A DNA stretch of 64,000 bases from Ophelia neglecta (Eukaryota): contig OZ260663.1 of the NCBI GenBank assembly GCA_965285935.1, positions 93,310,001 through 93,374,000 of the forward strand. Reading direction: 5' to 3'. Numbering within the stretch: the first letter of the stretch is position 1; each line of letters opens with the position of its first letter. Made by a program: the position numbers and the translations under genes. Shown here in pieces: positions 13,801-28,000 of this stretch. Below the pieces are notes generated by a model, which searched no databases, was not told where the DNA came from, and saw nothing but the letters and a program-made list of their open reading frames with translations.

Positions 13801-16536
13801 TTGCATAAAAGGTGTGTAAAACAGATAGTTTTCAAAATGTGAAGGTTTGTTTTAGTAGATATATGAATAGATATGGATTGCAACTGTACTCTCCACATTA
13901 ACCTTAGCACTGTAGAAATAGCATGCTATCATTTCGCCTCAAACACACACATATATCGTTAATTTGGTAGATTATCATATTCACTGCTATATTATCTAGT
14001 TATAATTTCCAGTACAAGTCTCCCCATCACCGTGTGCAGGAAACGCCATACGGGTATCGGAAACACAAGGCTTGTTGGCCAACTTCATAACAGAGCAGAC
14101 TAGTAAGGGCTCTCCAGACTGTCCCTGGGAGGTCCGTGGGTCGCCTGGACAGAAGATCCGACTCACCTTACACGACTACGGGGTGCGGCCGCCTCACACT
14201 TCCCAGGGAGGCCCACCTGGAGCTCGGCAGCCGGGGTCGATTATACCAAAGAGGTCGGATATATGCCACATATACGCAAGGGTTTCAGAAGGTTGGTCAT
14301 TATAGTATGGCATTTCTTACCTATTACCTGTCATTGGAACATGGATGAATCACAATGAATTGTGTACAAAATGGATATTAGAGGTTTTCTAAGATTCAGG
14401 GGCATCAGAGTTTGTGGGGTGCTTATTAACAGCTAGGGAAGAAAGCTGTTCCAGTTGGTCATTATATATTCGTGTTTTATTTAACACATTGGCTGAAATG
14501 TCACTTAAACCTGTGTTATTATAACAAATAACAACCTTTCAACCCAGATCCCGCCAAGGGTTCTATCCCATTGTGTGGTATCGAGACAAGAGAGAAGGTA
14601 GTCTACCTCTCAGAGACAGAGGGCGTTCAGATAACCTTAAGCAATCCCAAGACGACCAAACACGGGGCGTATTTCCTACTTGGTTACGAAAGTGAGTAGG
14701 CATACTTAAAGTTAACTCCTTAAAGTCGTATAGAAATAATGACTCCTTCTTTTGTCGCAAACATGGAGCAAATAATTAGTGCAGGGCAGAGACTTGCCTA
14801 AATGAATACCATATTTAAATAAATCATCTCATGCAACTGTGGAAATGTCACGAAGATAATCGAACTTTTTATTGTTTACTCTTCTATTCACTTACAGTTA
14901 TAGGGTGTCCCAATTACATACCTCATGAAGGTGGCGTTGTCACGCGACACGGGAAAGATATCTCAGTGAGATGTCCCATGACTGGAAGTGAGTGGCGCTT
15001 GTCCTGTGAAGGGACAAGCTGGAATTCAAAGGGGGCTGTTATAGAATGTGCAGAAGCAGGTTTGTAATACGAGTATTATATGTCTTCTTTTAACGGACAC
15101 ACGAATAAAGCTGAACAATGTACGCGGCATTTATTTGCCTTATGATCTGCCTGGCATCAACATTAGGCATGTAAAATCTGACAGTTTGAATGAAGTAGGA
15201 ACCCGTTGTCTAGTTAACTAAGCGTATACCCTTAGATTCTGAGGCTGTTCAATGTTTGAAACAGCATAGAAGTCTGATGTCCAACAACCCCGCTTGATAT
15301 GTATGATACATGTATTAAGACCCAGAGATTGTTCTGCAAGGACAATTAAAATTTAGATGCATGATTGCGATACAACACTCAGAGCCAATAGTTTCATTTA
15401 ACAGCATAACCTATCATTTCTACACTTGAGGAATGTTTCAACGTGAAAAGGATTTAATTTGTATTTAACACATTTGGCGTGAGTAATGCGGCACTTAAAA
15501 CCGGTGTCTATCTTGTTTACAGATGGTCCCTCTATGTCAATTGGTTCTCTGTTTAAGAGTGCTCTGACCCTACCACAATGTGAGTAAGAAAACATTGGTC
15601 ATTAGCCTCCAAAAATAAATAATTAATCAATTAAACTAGCTTCTCACATTGTTACCTTTTAACAATAAAAATATATTTCAGGGTTACTTATAGTGATCAT
15701 CATCGCTGCTGCTGTTATCATTGCACTCCCTATAATTGTGATAGGCATATTAAGTTTCCGAAGGTAAGTGCCACGGTTTTTCTATTTCATGTCTCAAAAT
15801 ACGCCCCAGTTAGCCATAAGAGTATGTTTAGTATAAAGGTGAACAATACTATTAATGGCCCTCAGACGAATCTTAAATACCTACGTTCTTTGATATAGTA
15901 CCATATACGACAATTTCCTATAAATTCCGCCCAGTTTTTCTTTGGCTGGACAATGAACAAACCTTTGCCATTAATCATAATAACATTATTATATATATCC
16001 ATCATAACAGAAGACATGACCAGGTGATAACGTGTGACCCAAAACTCCAGTTTGACGCTGATGAGTGCTTGTCACATTCGGGATATTGTGCAAAAGAGCA
16101 GGATCCAATGTTGAATAAAAACGATTTAACGGGAAAATCTGTGCGGGGCAGGGAGTATATCACTACCGCACAAAGACACATGGCTGTTCGTCCGGGCGCT
16201 GTGACCTCTGTGACCCCTGGTGATGATATTCCGCGTCTGCCCTTTGCACCGAACGCGTGCTCCATTCATACAGGGAACAAAAGCATGCGCGGAAAACTAG
16301 GTCAAGACCGCTATCCAGCGGAAGGTAGAAATACTACATTACAACCAGATTACACCGATGATAAAAATGAGGCACCAATTGATTTGCGGCGCATGCGCAG
16401 TGAGAGTGACAGTAGCGAACCGTTCTACAATGAGGTATACGAGGAGCATACCAATTCGCTTACTATGTCACCGCACGAAAACATTGATGCAGAGAGCGAG
16501 ACGATAAGCCAAGATACGATTGCTGCTATAACGTAG
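10840..16536 (+). CDS. Lectin-CUB-CCP-TM receptor paralogue 3 (537 aa)
   Basis: join(10840-10912,13521-13811,14013-14291,14548-14691,14898-15059,15523-15579,15682-15763,16011-16536)=1614 nt, canonical splice sites, same intron phases as paralogue 2. Confidence 0.9.
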
Positions 16537-17556
16537 TTATTCATATTTCAACAAATAAGTGCCGGAATATTTTGTGGCCATTTTATTGGAAAGTGGAAAT
16601 TTCGTTTGAGAGGAATGTTGCTATAAAAATCTCTCAAAGAATTGGCGCCAGTTGGATATTTATCGCTTATGCTTATGTGTTCATTCACAACTGTGAGGAT
16701 CACACTGTCTATTAAGTTCACATATGTTACAATGTTTTGTGAAAGATGGTGTGGTGGGCTTTAAAAGTTCTCGTATCCTGTTTTTATGTTATGTAAATAT
16801 TAAGTCGAAGCTGGAATTCTGCTACAGATTGCAAAGACTGGTTAACGGAATTTTTAAACTGGTTCAGTTGATAATATCCACTTTTCCACTTGCTGATTGA
16901 ACCATTGTCGATGCCGATTATCTTAAAGTGTATTATAAACAAAACTATTCCTAATTTACGTGCAGAGATGCGTATCGCTGTGGGCATGCTAATTATATTA
17001 TCGCCTATTGAAAATAAACTTGAACCAAAAAGTCAAGCTTTCGCCTGATCACAGAATGCAGAATGGAAAATTTGGCGGCGGGAGGTTGCTCGGAATCTGA
17101 AGGACTAAAGCAATTCCAATAAAACGCTCTGGGAACAACAACAAAACAAAAAACATGCTGATGGGTCACGGAATTGAAAACAAAGTTCCTATTTTATGGA
17201 TAATGCTTGCACACGAACATGCTTCTATGTTTATCTAAGAAAGATCATGGTCACATATCTGCTTCCAACACGTCGTCAGTGGGAGTGATTTGTTTCATGG
17301 TCATATTACATAGCTAAGATCATTGTCAATAGCATCTATTGTATTCGTATGGAAAATGTAAAATAATTAATAGTACAATTCAGGAAATGATTTTTATAAT
17401 TAATCGAAAACGCGTCTCCTTTCAATGATCGAGTGTTTTCCTGATAATATGCATGAGTATGTCTTTATTTCCCTTTATGAGCCACACCCGCCATATTGAC
17501 CTCCTCTCGTTTGCCCTTAGTGGTTTAAATTCTATGCCATTTTGACATAGAATACG

Positions 17557-17672
17557 TGAGCCGCGAGTATAGCGAGTGCCGCGCACTGCGCCGGCGCTTC
17601 GTGCACCACCCATTGCTTTACGCCGCGTTGTTGTGTATATTGAGTTCTAATACTGACACTACCAGATTGTCA
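17557..17672 (+). promoter_or_regulatory. Conserved upstream element of paralogue 4
   Basis: CCACCCATTG at 17606-17615, 191 bp before the ATG. Confidence 0.7.
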
Positions 17673-17796
17673 AGGAACGGTATGTGGAATACAGACATAA
17701 TGAGCACCGCATAATAAAATGAGGATTATATCTTGCTGATAATAATACAGTTATTCATCGAAGAAGCTAGTGTGGTGATATATTCACAGTGTTACA

Positions 17797-20700
17797 ATGG
17801 AAACTCTGCTGAAAGACTTCATCCTTGGCTTAGCGTTCATGGCAGCTTGGATAACAACAGTTAGCTCGAGTAAGTACTGCACATTATTATTCAATGACAA
17901 AAGACGCCATCTTTTACGTGTATCAAGCAAATCGCGAACATACCGGGCATGCGTCCTTCCTTGTTAGGTTCTCCATTAACATTACCTCGCAGTACGCCGT
18001 CTACAGTCTATTCTGTGCTCTGGACTATTGGGGTCACATCGTTTATTTTGGTAGTACTGGAAGCATGTTTATTTGTTTAAGGTGTCAATACTGTCCCGAG
18101 AGTTGATCGGGCAAACATAGTAAAACTGCCTTGAATTGAACGAGGTTCACCAGTATGTTATTGGAAATGTAATACGTTACCTTCTTATGCTCGGTGAAGG
18201 AGTATATAAGGGCAACTATATGTACATTTTTTAATGAAAACCATACCTTTCACGATAGCTCCAAACTTGAAATGCGCTTTTCATTACCTATATATGCTAA
18301 ACACTGGCCATGGCCATGACCAAAACATTTTCATGATATAATACCTCAGCTTAAAACCCGTATTATAATATATGACATAATCCTGTACGTCATAGTCTAA
18401 TATAGGGTTTTAAAAATATTGAATAAAACGCTATTACATTATTTATGGGGAAACTGGTCTGCGAAAAATAACCGTACATTGTTATGCGAAAAATAAGGAC
18501 ACACAAAAGACAAAGCGACATCGATAATAAAAACGTTTCATTAAATCCGGGTGAAATAATGGGTAACGTCCTGTCGTTCCCTGGTCAACAATAGGTAAAG
18601 TAGATACAAAAAAAATGACTCTTTAGTTGGAAGGCGTCGGATGAAAGACCGTCTAGTTAATTCAGCGAGTGAATAGTAAACTGTAAGTAACAGTTTGATT
18701 CCGATATCTGATCTTTACACTCGGAGCAGTAAAATACTGCAAAAGCTTTAAGTGATACATTCCGTCCTCCCTAGAACTAGGGGCCATGTGCATATACCTA
18801 ATACTGATATAATATCGCATGTTACAGATGCACTCGCTCAGCCACAATAAAAATGTAATTGGTTCATTTTTTAAGTCAAAATTGCATTGTCGATAATATT
18901 GGATAACGATTTCACTTTTAGGACAAGGTTTTGCACTCCTCCTCCCACCCCACGCCACCCCCACCCCCACCCCCACCCCCCTACACCACCACCACCATTT
19001 CGTTGTTCTGTGTTAATTAAGAATTATATAGTTTGATCTTAAGTCTGTTACATTATAAGAGCCCTTAGACCATCATAGGCTATCCTGGGATATATTTCAT
19101 ACTCGTTTGTTTTGATTTGTGCCTGTTTTCTCTTCTCACAGTTATTGTGATTATGGATCTCTCTTGGCAAGGCAGGAAAGCCACAGAATGTTTTACCGCT
19201 TCCAAACACTGATAGCATGATAAATCATAAGCCCTCCTACGGTGATGAGACCAGGAAATTATAAAATGAGGATATTGCGTTCGATACCTTAATTCTTCTA
19301 AATACGCACGCTGCGTTGCGACGCACGGCGTTACGCGGCGTGGCGAGAGCTATGTGGTGGGAAGCAGATTGCCCAGAATTCTTGCCCTGAGTTGCTTCCA
19401 TAAACTTATATCAACTGCCGGGCCTAGCATGTAAACCCTGCCAAACTTTATTTTTGGACAAAATCTCGCAGGGTGGTATCTCTGTAACATTTACTTTCGT
19501 ATTTACTAAGATGAACATTCAGTTGTCGGCTCCGGGCATGGAAACTAGCCAACTGTTATAGTTAGTTTGAGATGGGCAAACATCGCGAATGGGCGTATCT
19601 TTGTGTATTGTACTTGAATAATTTATGTCTTGTTAACTTTAATTAAAAGCGCATTTATTTCATCCCTATTATGGTACTCTTCTTAACAACTCTCTCATCT
19701 ATACCGTGAAGCTTGAGTATTGAAAAAGGCAAATAGGAATATACATGTACTAAGAAATTAGGCATGGCAAAGATTTTTTTTCGCATATCTGACTATGTTT
19801 TCTATCATGATATCTGATTGACCCCATTTTTAATTGTCCATATGTAAATTAATACCAAAAAAGTAAATCTACTATCTATATAAGGAAATATATATTCGAA
19901 TTTATAACCTAACTTCTTGGCCAAGCCTGAAATAGTTTTGCGGAAATTTGTATAAATGTCCATAGTTCTATGAGTGATATAACATCGGTTAAATAACTCA
20001 TGTACCCATGTTTATTTCTAAATCGACCCATGTCCTTGTAATGTATATAAATGTCTTTTTTATTCCAAAGTGTATTCCTCGGGATTCTACAATCCACTCA
20101 TTTGATGTTTAACCGGCGGCGCGCCCTCGCGTGAACGGTGTACGTGATATCAGCCGTTTTGGCCTGAAAGAAGTGCATCTAATTAATTAACGCGAATGCT
20201 GAATTGTAAATAAATACACTGTGTGTAATTTGTCTCGGTATGTACTTGGGTTGTGTGTTTCCTATTTCCCCTAATGGAATATATCTACATATATTAAATG
20301 CATGTCTTTCATGACGTTTCAGCTGTACAGAACATTTGCTACTTTAATAAATACAACGTAACCTGTGCAGAGAACGAGGTTATACAGATGGAGCATGCAA
20401 ACTACGGCCGGATGTCAGTAGGACGCTGTATACCGGAGGCTCATAAGATGGGATGCCAGGAATACGTGCTGGGCTATTTGGACTCAGTTTGCTCCGGGAG
20501 ACAATCCTGTCATCTCGAACTGCCAGATAAACACCTGGCGGCCGGACATCAGCCTTGTCCTCGAGGGCTAGAGTCATACCTGAAGGTTGAATACAAATGC
20601 ATAAAAGGTGTGTAAAACAGATAGTTTTCAAAATGTGAATCTTTGGATTTGAATATGGGGATCCTTATCTCAATTCAAAGCCACATCCGATGCAGCACAC

Positions 20701-23700
20701 GGGCTGTCCGACTGCATAACTGAACCTTGAGGTTTAAACTAGAGGTAGACATAGATTCGTTTGCTGACTTCTCAGATCTGCAAAAAATAAGTGTATATTT
20801 TTGCAAAATTCAATATATGGCTGCAAGCAAATGACAATAAGGGAAGAATTAATTTCCTGGGGGATGTACGAAAAGAAATGCTTAAAACTGAAATATTCAT
20901 ATAAAACTGTTGAATGAGCAAGCGATAGATTAGTTAACGTTCCGTTTTAAACGAACATACATGTCATTGTTTTGATAAAAGTTTATTTCTTTAGTTGTAA
21001 TTTCCAGTACAAGTCTACCCATCACCGTGTGCAGACAACCCTCTACGCGTCTCGGGAACGCAAGGCTTGCTGGCCAACTTCGTAACATCACGGACTAGTC
21101 AGGGGTCTTCAGGATGCCCCTGGGAGGTCCGCGGGTCACCAGGGCAGAAGGTCCGTCTCACGTTACACGATTATGGGGCGCGGCCGCCTCACACTGGAGC
21201 TCGGCGGCCGGGGTCCCTTCCACCAGATAGGTTGGATATTTGCCACATATACGCAAGGGTAGCAGAAGGTTGGTAAATTTAGTAGCGAATTTCATCCGTA
21301 TAAACTGTTATCGGAACTGGTTTAAATCATAATGACTTGTGTACTATATCTTTTGTCGCCTTCAACAAAATTAGCCCATGTTTTACGATTATTTTCAGTA
21401 ATGGAACAGGGGATTGATGTTTTTGGACAAATTTAATGGTCTTTTTCTGATAATGTATAAGATAATGTATTTATATTATCTCGTTTAATTATTTTGCCTA
21501 GGCTGCCAGGTAACCTCTACAGTGTTTTGCTGTTTCTTACGTGAAAAAGTGCTCATTGTATATTTGTGTTTTAGTTAACACAATCGCTGAAATATCAATT
21601 AAACTTGTCGTATCATAACAAATAACAAACCATTTCAACCCAGATCCCGCCAAGGGTTCTATCCCCCTGTGTGGTATCGAGACAAGAGAGAAGGTAGTCT
21701 ACCTCTCGGAGACCGAGGGCGTTCAGATCACCTTAAGCAATCCCAAGACGAACAAACATGGGGCGTATTTCCTACTTGGTTACGAAAGTGAGTAGGCATA
21801 CTTAAAGTTAACTCCTTAAAATCGTTTAGATAAAAAATAATTACTCCTTCTTTTGTCGCAAACATGGAGCAAATAATGAGTGCAGGGCCGAGACTGCCCT
21901 AAATGAATACCATATTTAAATAAATCATTCCATGCAACCGTGGAAATGTCACGCAGATAATAGAACCTTTTATTGTTTACTCTTCTATTCCATAACAGTT
22001 ATAGGGTGTCCGAATTACCTACCTCCTGAAGGTGGCGTTGTCACGCAACACGGGAAAGATATATCAGTAAGATGTTCCACATCTGGAAGTGAGTGGCGCT
22101 TGTCCTGTGATGGGACAAGCTGGAAGTCAAAGGGGGCTGTTATAGAATGTGCAGAAGCAGGTTTGTAATACGAGTATTATAAGTCATCGTTTAACGGACA
22201 CGCGAATAAAGCTAAACAATATACGCGGCATTCATTTGCCTTGTGATCTGCCTGGCATCAACATTAGGCATATAAAATCTTCCAGTTAAAATGAAGTGGG
22301 AACCCGTACGTTGTCTAGTTAACTAAGCGTATACCTTTATAATCTGAGGCTGTTTATGTTTGAAACAGTATAGATGTCTGATGTCCAAAAAACCCGCCTG
22401 ATATGTATAATAGAGAATGCTGCAAAGACAATTAAAATTAAGATGTATGCTCGCGATACGACACTCAGAGCCATTAGTTTCATTTAACAGCATAACCTAT
22501 CATTTCTACACGCGAGGAATGTTTCCACGTGAAAAGGATTTTATTTGTATTTAACGCATTTGGCGTGAGTAATGCGGAATTTAAAAACCAACAAAGAAGC
22601 TATTGCACCAATGACACGCACATATATTTCTATCAATACATATCATTGTAAAGTAGAAAAACTTAATGACCGTTGTGCGTGGCAAACCTTCATTCCAAAT
22701 TGCAGTCGACAGTACACAATATGTTATTTATAATATCATATGTGTACACTCCATTCATCGTTGAAAGTTGGTGTCTATCTTGTTTACAGATGGTCCCTCT
22801 ATGTCAATTGGTGCTCTCTTTAAGAGTGCTCTGACCCTACCACAATGTGAGTAAGCGAACGTTGGTCATTAGCCTCCAAAAATAAATAATTAATCAATTA
22901 AACTAGCTTCTCACATTGTAACTTTTTCATAATAAAAATATATTTCAGGGTTACTCATAGTGATCATCATCGCTGCTGCTGTTATCATTGCACTCCCTAT
23001 AATTGTGATAGGCATATTTAGTTTCCGAAGGTAAGCGCCACGGTTTTTTAAATTTCATATCTCAAAATATATACGCACGAGTTAGCCATAAGAGATTTTG
23101 TTTAATTGATGGTAAACAGTACTATGAATCGCCGTCATACGAATCTTAAATACCTACGTTCTTAGATATAGTACCGTACATGGCAATATCCTACAAGTTC
23201 CAGCCATATATTCTCAGGCTGGACAATGAACCAACCCTTGCGATTGATCATAATAACATTATTATATATGTCCATCATAACAGAAGGCATGACCAGGTGA
23301 TAACGGGTGACCCAAAACTCCAGTTTGACGCTGATGAGTGCTTATCACATTCGGGATATTGTGCAAAAGAGCATGATCCAATGTTGAATAAAAACAATTT
23401 AACGGGAAAATCTGTACGTGCAAGGGAGTATATCACTACCGCACAAAGACACATGGCTTTTCGTCCGGGCGGTGTGACCCCTGTGACCCCTGGTGATGAT
23501 ATTCCGCGTTTGCCTTTTGCATCGAACGCGTGCTCCGTTCAAACAGGGAACAAAGGCATGCGCGGAAAACCAGGTCAAGACCGCTATCCAGCGGAAGGTA
23601 GAAATACTACATTTCAGCAAGATTACATCGATGATAAAAATGAGGCACCAATTGATTTGCGGCGCATGCGCAGTGGGAGCAACAGTAGCGAACCGTTCTA

Positions 23701-23809
23701 CAATGAGGTATACGAGGAACATACCAATTCGCTTACCAAGTCATCGCAAGAATACATGGATGCAGAGAGCGAGGCGATAAGCCAAGATCCGATTGCTGCT
23801 ATTACGTAG
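17797..23809 (+). CDS. Lectin-CUB-CCP-TM receptor paralogue 4 (529 aa)
   Basis: join(17797-17869,20323-20607,21008-21268,21644-21787,21999-22160,22790-22846,22949-23030,23284-23809)=1590 nt. Ectodomain almost identical to paralogue 2. Confidence 0.9.
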
Positions 23810-24845
23810 TTATTCATATTTCAACAAATAAATGCCGGAATATTTTGTGGCCATTTTATTGGAAAGTGGAAATTTCGTTTGAGAGGAATGTTGCTATAAC
23901 AATCTCTCAAAGATTTGGCGTCAGTTGGATATGTATTGCTGATGCTCATGTGTTCATTCACAACTGTGAGGATCACAGTTCACATATGTTACAATGTTTT
24001 GTGAAAGATGGTTAGAATGGTCTTTAAAAGTTCGTGAATCCTGTTTTGATATTATGTAAATATTAAGTCGAAATTGGAATTGTGCTCAGATTGCAAAGAC
24101 TGGTTACAGAATTTTAAAACTGGTTCAGTTGATAATATCCACTTTTCCACTTGCTTATTGAACCATTGTTGATGCCGCTTATCTTAATCAATTGTTCCAT
24201 GGTCGTTTATTATATAAGTGTATTATAAACAAAACTATTACCTATTTACGTGCAGAAATGCGTATCGCTGTGGGCATGCTAATTATATTGTCCCCTATAA
24301 AAAATAAACTTGATCCCAAAAATCAAGCTTTCGCCTGATCACAGAATGCAGAATGGAAAATTTGGCGGCGGTAGGTATCTTTAACATTGAAGGACTGAAA
24401 CAATTCCAATAAAACTCATCAAAAATACAAAAACAGGCTGATGGGTCACGGAATTTAAAAAAAAAAGTTGCTATTTTATGGATTATGATTGCACACGTAC
24501 ATGTTTATATGTTTATCTAAGAAAGATCATGGTCACATATCTGCTTCCAACAAGTCGTCAGTGGGTGTGATTTGTTTCATTCTCATATTACATAGCTCAG
24601 ATCATTGTCAATAGCATCTAATGTATTCATATGGAAAATGTAAAATAATAAATAGTACAATCCAGGAAATGATTTTTATAATGAAACGAAAACGCGTCTC
24701 CTTTCACTGAGAAATGATCGAGTGATTTCCTGATAATATGCATGAGAATGTCTTTATTTCCCTTCATGAGCCACACCCGCCATATTGACCTCCTCTCGTT
24801 TGCCCTTGGTGGTTTAAATTCTATGCCATTTTGACATAGAATACG

Positions 24846-24952
24846 TGAGCCGCGAGCATAGCGAGTGCTGCGCACTGCGCCGGCGCTTCGTGCACCACCC
24901 ATTGCATTACGCCGCGTTGTTGAGTTCTAATACTGACACTACCAGATTGTGA
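24846..24952 (+). promoter_or_regulatory. Conserved upstream element of paralogue 5
   Basis: CCACCCATTG at 24895-24904, 182 bp before the ATG. Confidence 0.7.
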
Positions 24953-25076
24953 AGGAACGGTATGTGGAATACAGACATAATGAGCACCGCATAATAAAAT
25001 GAGGATTATATCTTGCTGATAATAATACAGGTAATCATCGAAGAAGCTAGTGTGGTGATATATTCACAGTGTTACA

Positions 25077-28000
25077 ATGGATACCCTGCTGAAAGACCTC
25101 ATCCTTTGCTTAGCGGTCATGGCAGCTTGGATAACAACAGTTAGCTCGAGTAAGTACTGCACATTATTATTCAATGACAAAAGACGCCATCTTTTACGCG
25201 TATCAAGCAAATTCGCGAACATACCGGGCATGCGTCCTTCCTTGTTAGATTCTCCATTAACATTACCTCGCAGTACGCCGTCTACAGTTTATTCTGTGCT
25301 CTGGACTATTGGGGTCACATCGTTTATTTTGGTAGTACGGGAAGCATGTGTATTTTTTTGTGGTGTTCCACTGTACTGTCCCGAGAGTTGGTCGGGTTAA
25401 CGTGGTTAAACTGCCGTGAAGTGAACGATGTTCAACAGGGTTGTAAATATATGCCCACCGTATGTTATTGGAAATGTAATACGTTACCTTCGTACGCTCA
25501 GTTAAGGAATATAAGGGCAAATATATGTACATTTTGTGATGAAAACTGGACAAAACCCTCAGTATAATCTATTACATATTCCTGTATTTCATATAGAGTT
25601 TTAAAATTATGCAATAATACGCTTTGGCGAAAATAATTAATGGGAAAACTGGTCTGTGAACAATAACTGTATACGGGAGAGGATACACAAAAGAAAAAGC
25701 GATATCCTTAAAAAAAAATTCATTAAATCCTTTGGAATCATGGGTAACGGCCTGTCGATCCAAGATCCATAATTTTAAGTAAGCTAGTAACAAAATGACT
25801 AATTAGTTGGAAGGCGTCGGATGAAAGAGCGTCTAGTTTACTCAGGGAGTGTATTGTAAACTGCAAGCAAAATTTGAATCGGATTTCTGTTATTTAAACA
25901 TGAAGCATTTAAATAGTGCAATAGTTTTGAGTGATACATTCGGTCTTCCCTAGAACTAGGGGCCATGTGCATATGCCTTATAGTGATATAATATCGCATG
26001 TTACAGATGCACTCGGTCAGCCACAATAAAAATGTAATTGGTTCACTTTTCAAAGTCAAAATTCCACTCTCGAGGATATTTTATAACCATTTCATTTTCT
26101 AAAAATTCTCCCACCCCCACCTTGAACCACCACAATCTCGTTGCTCTGTGTTTATTAAGAATTATATAGTGTCATCTTTAGTCTGTAAAATTATAAGAGC
26201 GCTTAGCCCATCTTAGGCTATCCTGGGACATATTTCGTACTCGTTTGTTTTGATTTATGCCTGTTTTCTTCTCATAGTAATTGTGATTATGGATATATCT
26301 TAGCAAGGCAGGAAAGCCACAGAATGCTGTACCGCTTCCAAACACTGATATCATGATATATCATAAGCCGTCCTGCGATGATTAGACCGGGAGATTATAA
26401 AATGAGGCTATTCCGTTCGATACCTTAATTTATGTGAATACGCACACTGCGCTTCGACGCACGGCGTTACGCGGCGTGGCGAGAGCGACGTGGCGTGAAG
26501 CCGACCGACCAGAATTATTGCACTGAGTTGCTTCCAGAGGCTGAGATATTATATCAACTGCCGGGCCTAGCATGCAATATTTCCTATCATGATATCTGTT
26601 TGACCCCTTTCTTAATTTTCCATATATAAATCAATACAAAATAAATAAGTAAATCGACTATCTAAGGAAATGTCTAATCGAAATTTTAACCTAACTTGTT
26701 GGCAAAGCCTGAAATAGTTTTGCCGAATTTGGGAACGTCGCCGATAATTGCGGTGAATACATATTTTGTATGAATGTCAATAGTTTTATGAGTGATATAA
26801 AATCGGTTAAATAACTCATGTACTCATGTTTATTCCTCGGGATTCTTCAATCCACTCAGTTGATGTTTTACACGCGGCGCCCCCTTGCGTGAACAGTGTA
26901 CGCGGCATCAGCTTTTTTCGCCTGAAAGAAGTGCATCTAATTAATTAACGCGAATATTGAATTGTAAATAAATACACTGTCTGTAATTTTTCCTATTTCC
27001 ACGTAATAGAATATATATACATTGATCAAATACTTGTCTTTCATGACGTTTCAGGTGTACAGGACATTTGCTACTTTAATAAATACAACGTAACCTGTGC
27101 AGAGAACGAAGTTATACAGATGGAGCATGCGCAGTACGGCCGGATGTCTATAGGACGCTGCATACCGGAGGACGTAGGTATTAGGATGGGATGTCAGGAC
27201 GACGTGTTGAGCTACTTGGACTCAGTTTGCTCCGGGAGACAATCCTGTCCTCTCGAACTGCCAGATAAACACCTGGCGGCCGGACATCAGCCTTGTCCTC
27301 GAGGGCTAGAGTCATACCTGAAGCTGGAGTACAACTGTATTAAAGGTGTGAAAACACATAGTTTTAAAAATGTGAAGATTTGTTTTGATTTAGTAGATAA
27401 ATGAATAGAAATGGATTGCAACTGCATTCGTCACATTAACCTTAGCACTGTAGAAATAGCATGCTATCATTTCGCCTCAAACACACACATATATCGTTAA
27501 TTTGGTAGATTATCATATTCACTGCTTTATTATTTAATTATAATTTCCAGTACAAGTATCCCCGTCACCGTGTGTAGGAAACCCCATACGGGTATCGGAA
27601 ACACAAGGCTTGTTGGCCAACTTCATAACAGAGCGGACTAGTCAAGGCTCTCCGGACTGTCCCTGGGAGGTCCGTGGGTCGCCTGGACAGAAGATCCGAC
27701 TCACCTTACATGACTACGGGGTGCGGCCGCCTTACACGTCGCAGGGAGGCCCATCTGGAGCTCGGCGGCCGGGGTCGATTCTACCACAGAGGTCGGATAT
27801 ATGCCACATATACGCAAGGGTTTCAGAAGGTTGGTAATTTTAGTAGGGCATTTCATACCTATTACCTGTCATTGAACATGGATGAATCACACTGAATTGT
27901 GTACAAAATGGATACAAGAAGTTTTCTAACATTCAGGCTTATGAGCGTATGTGGGATGCTTATTAACAGCTAGGGTACTGGGCATTTATGCGTGCAGGTG

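Larger units (their letters stand above)
1..27970 (+). repeat. Recent tandem segmental duplication: ~7 kb gene-sized units (copies 1-5) with a ~14.2 kb higher-order period
   Basis: Exons, introns and intergenic DNA recur. Copy 2 and copy 4 ectodomain exons are offset by exactly 14,194 bp (6129/20323, 6814/21008, 7450/21644, 7805/21999). Copies 3 and 5 share lectin and CUB-A types. High identity decays at about 27970. Confidence 0.93.

Noticed and set aside
18940-18996. C-rich tracts (also ~11859-11883, 12074-12089, 29187-29201) with G-quadruplex potential
   Set aside because: Not conserved between paralogues; consistent with simple slippage.
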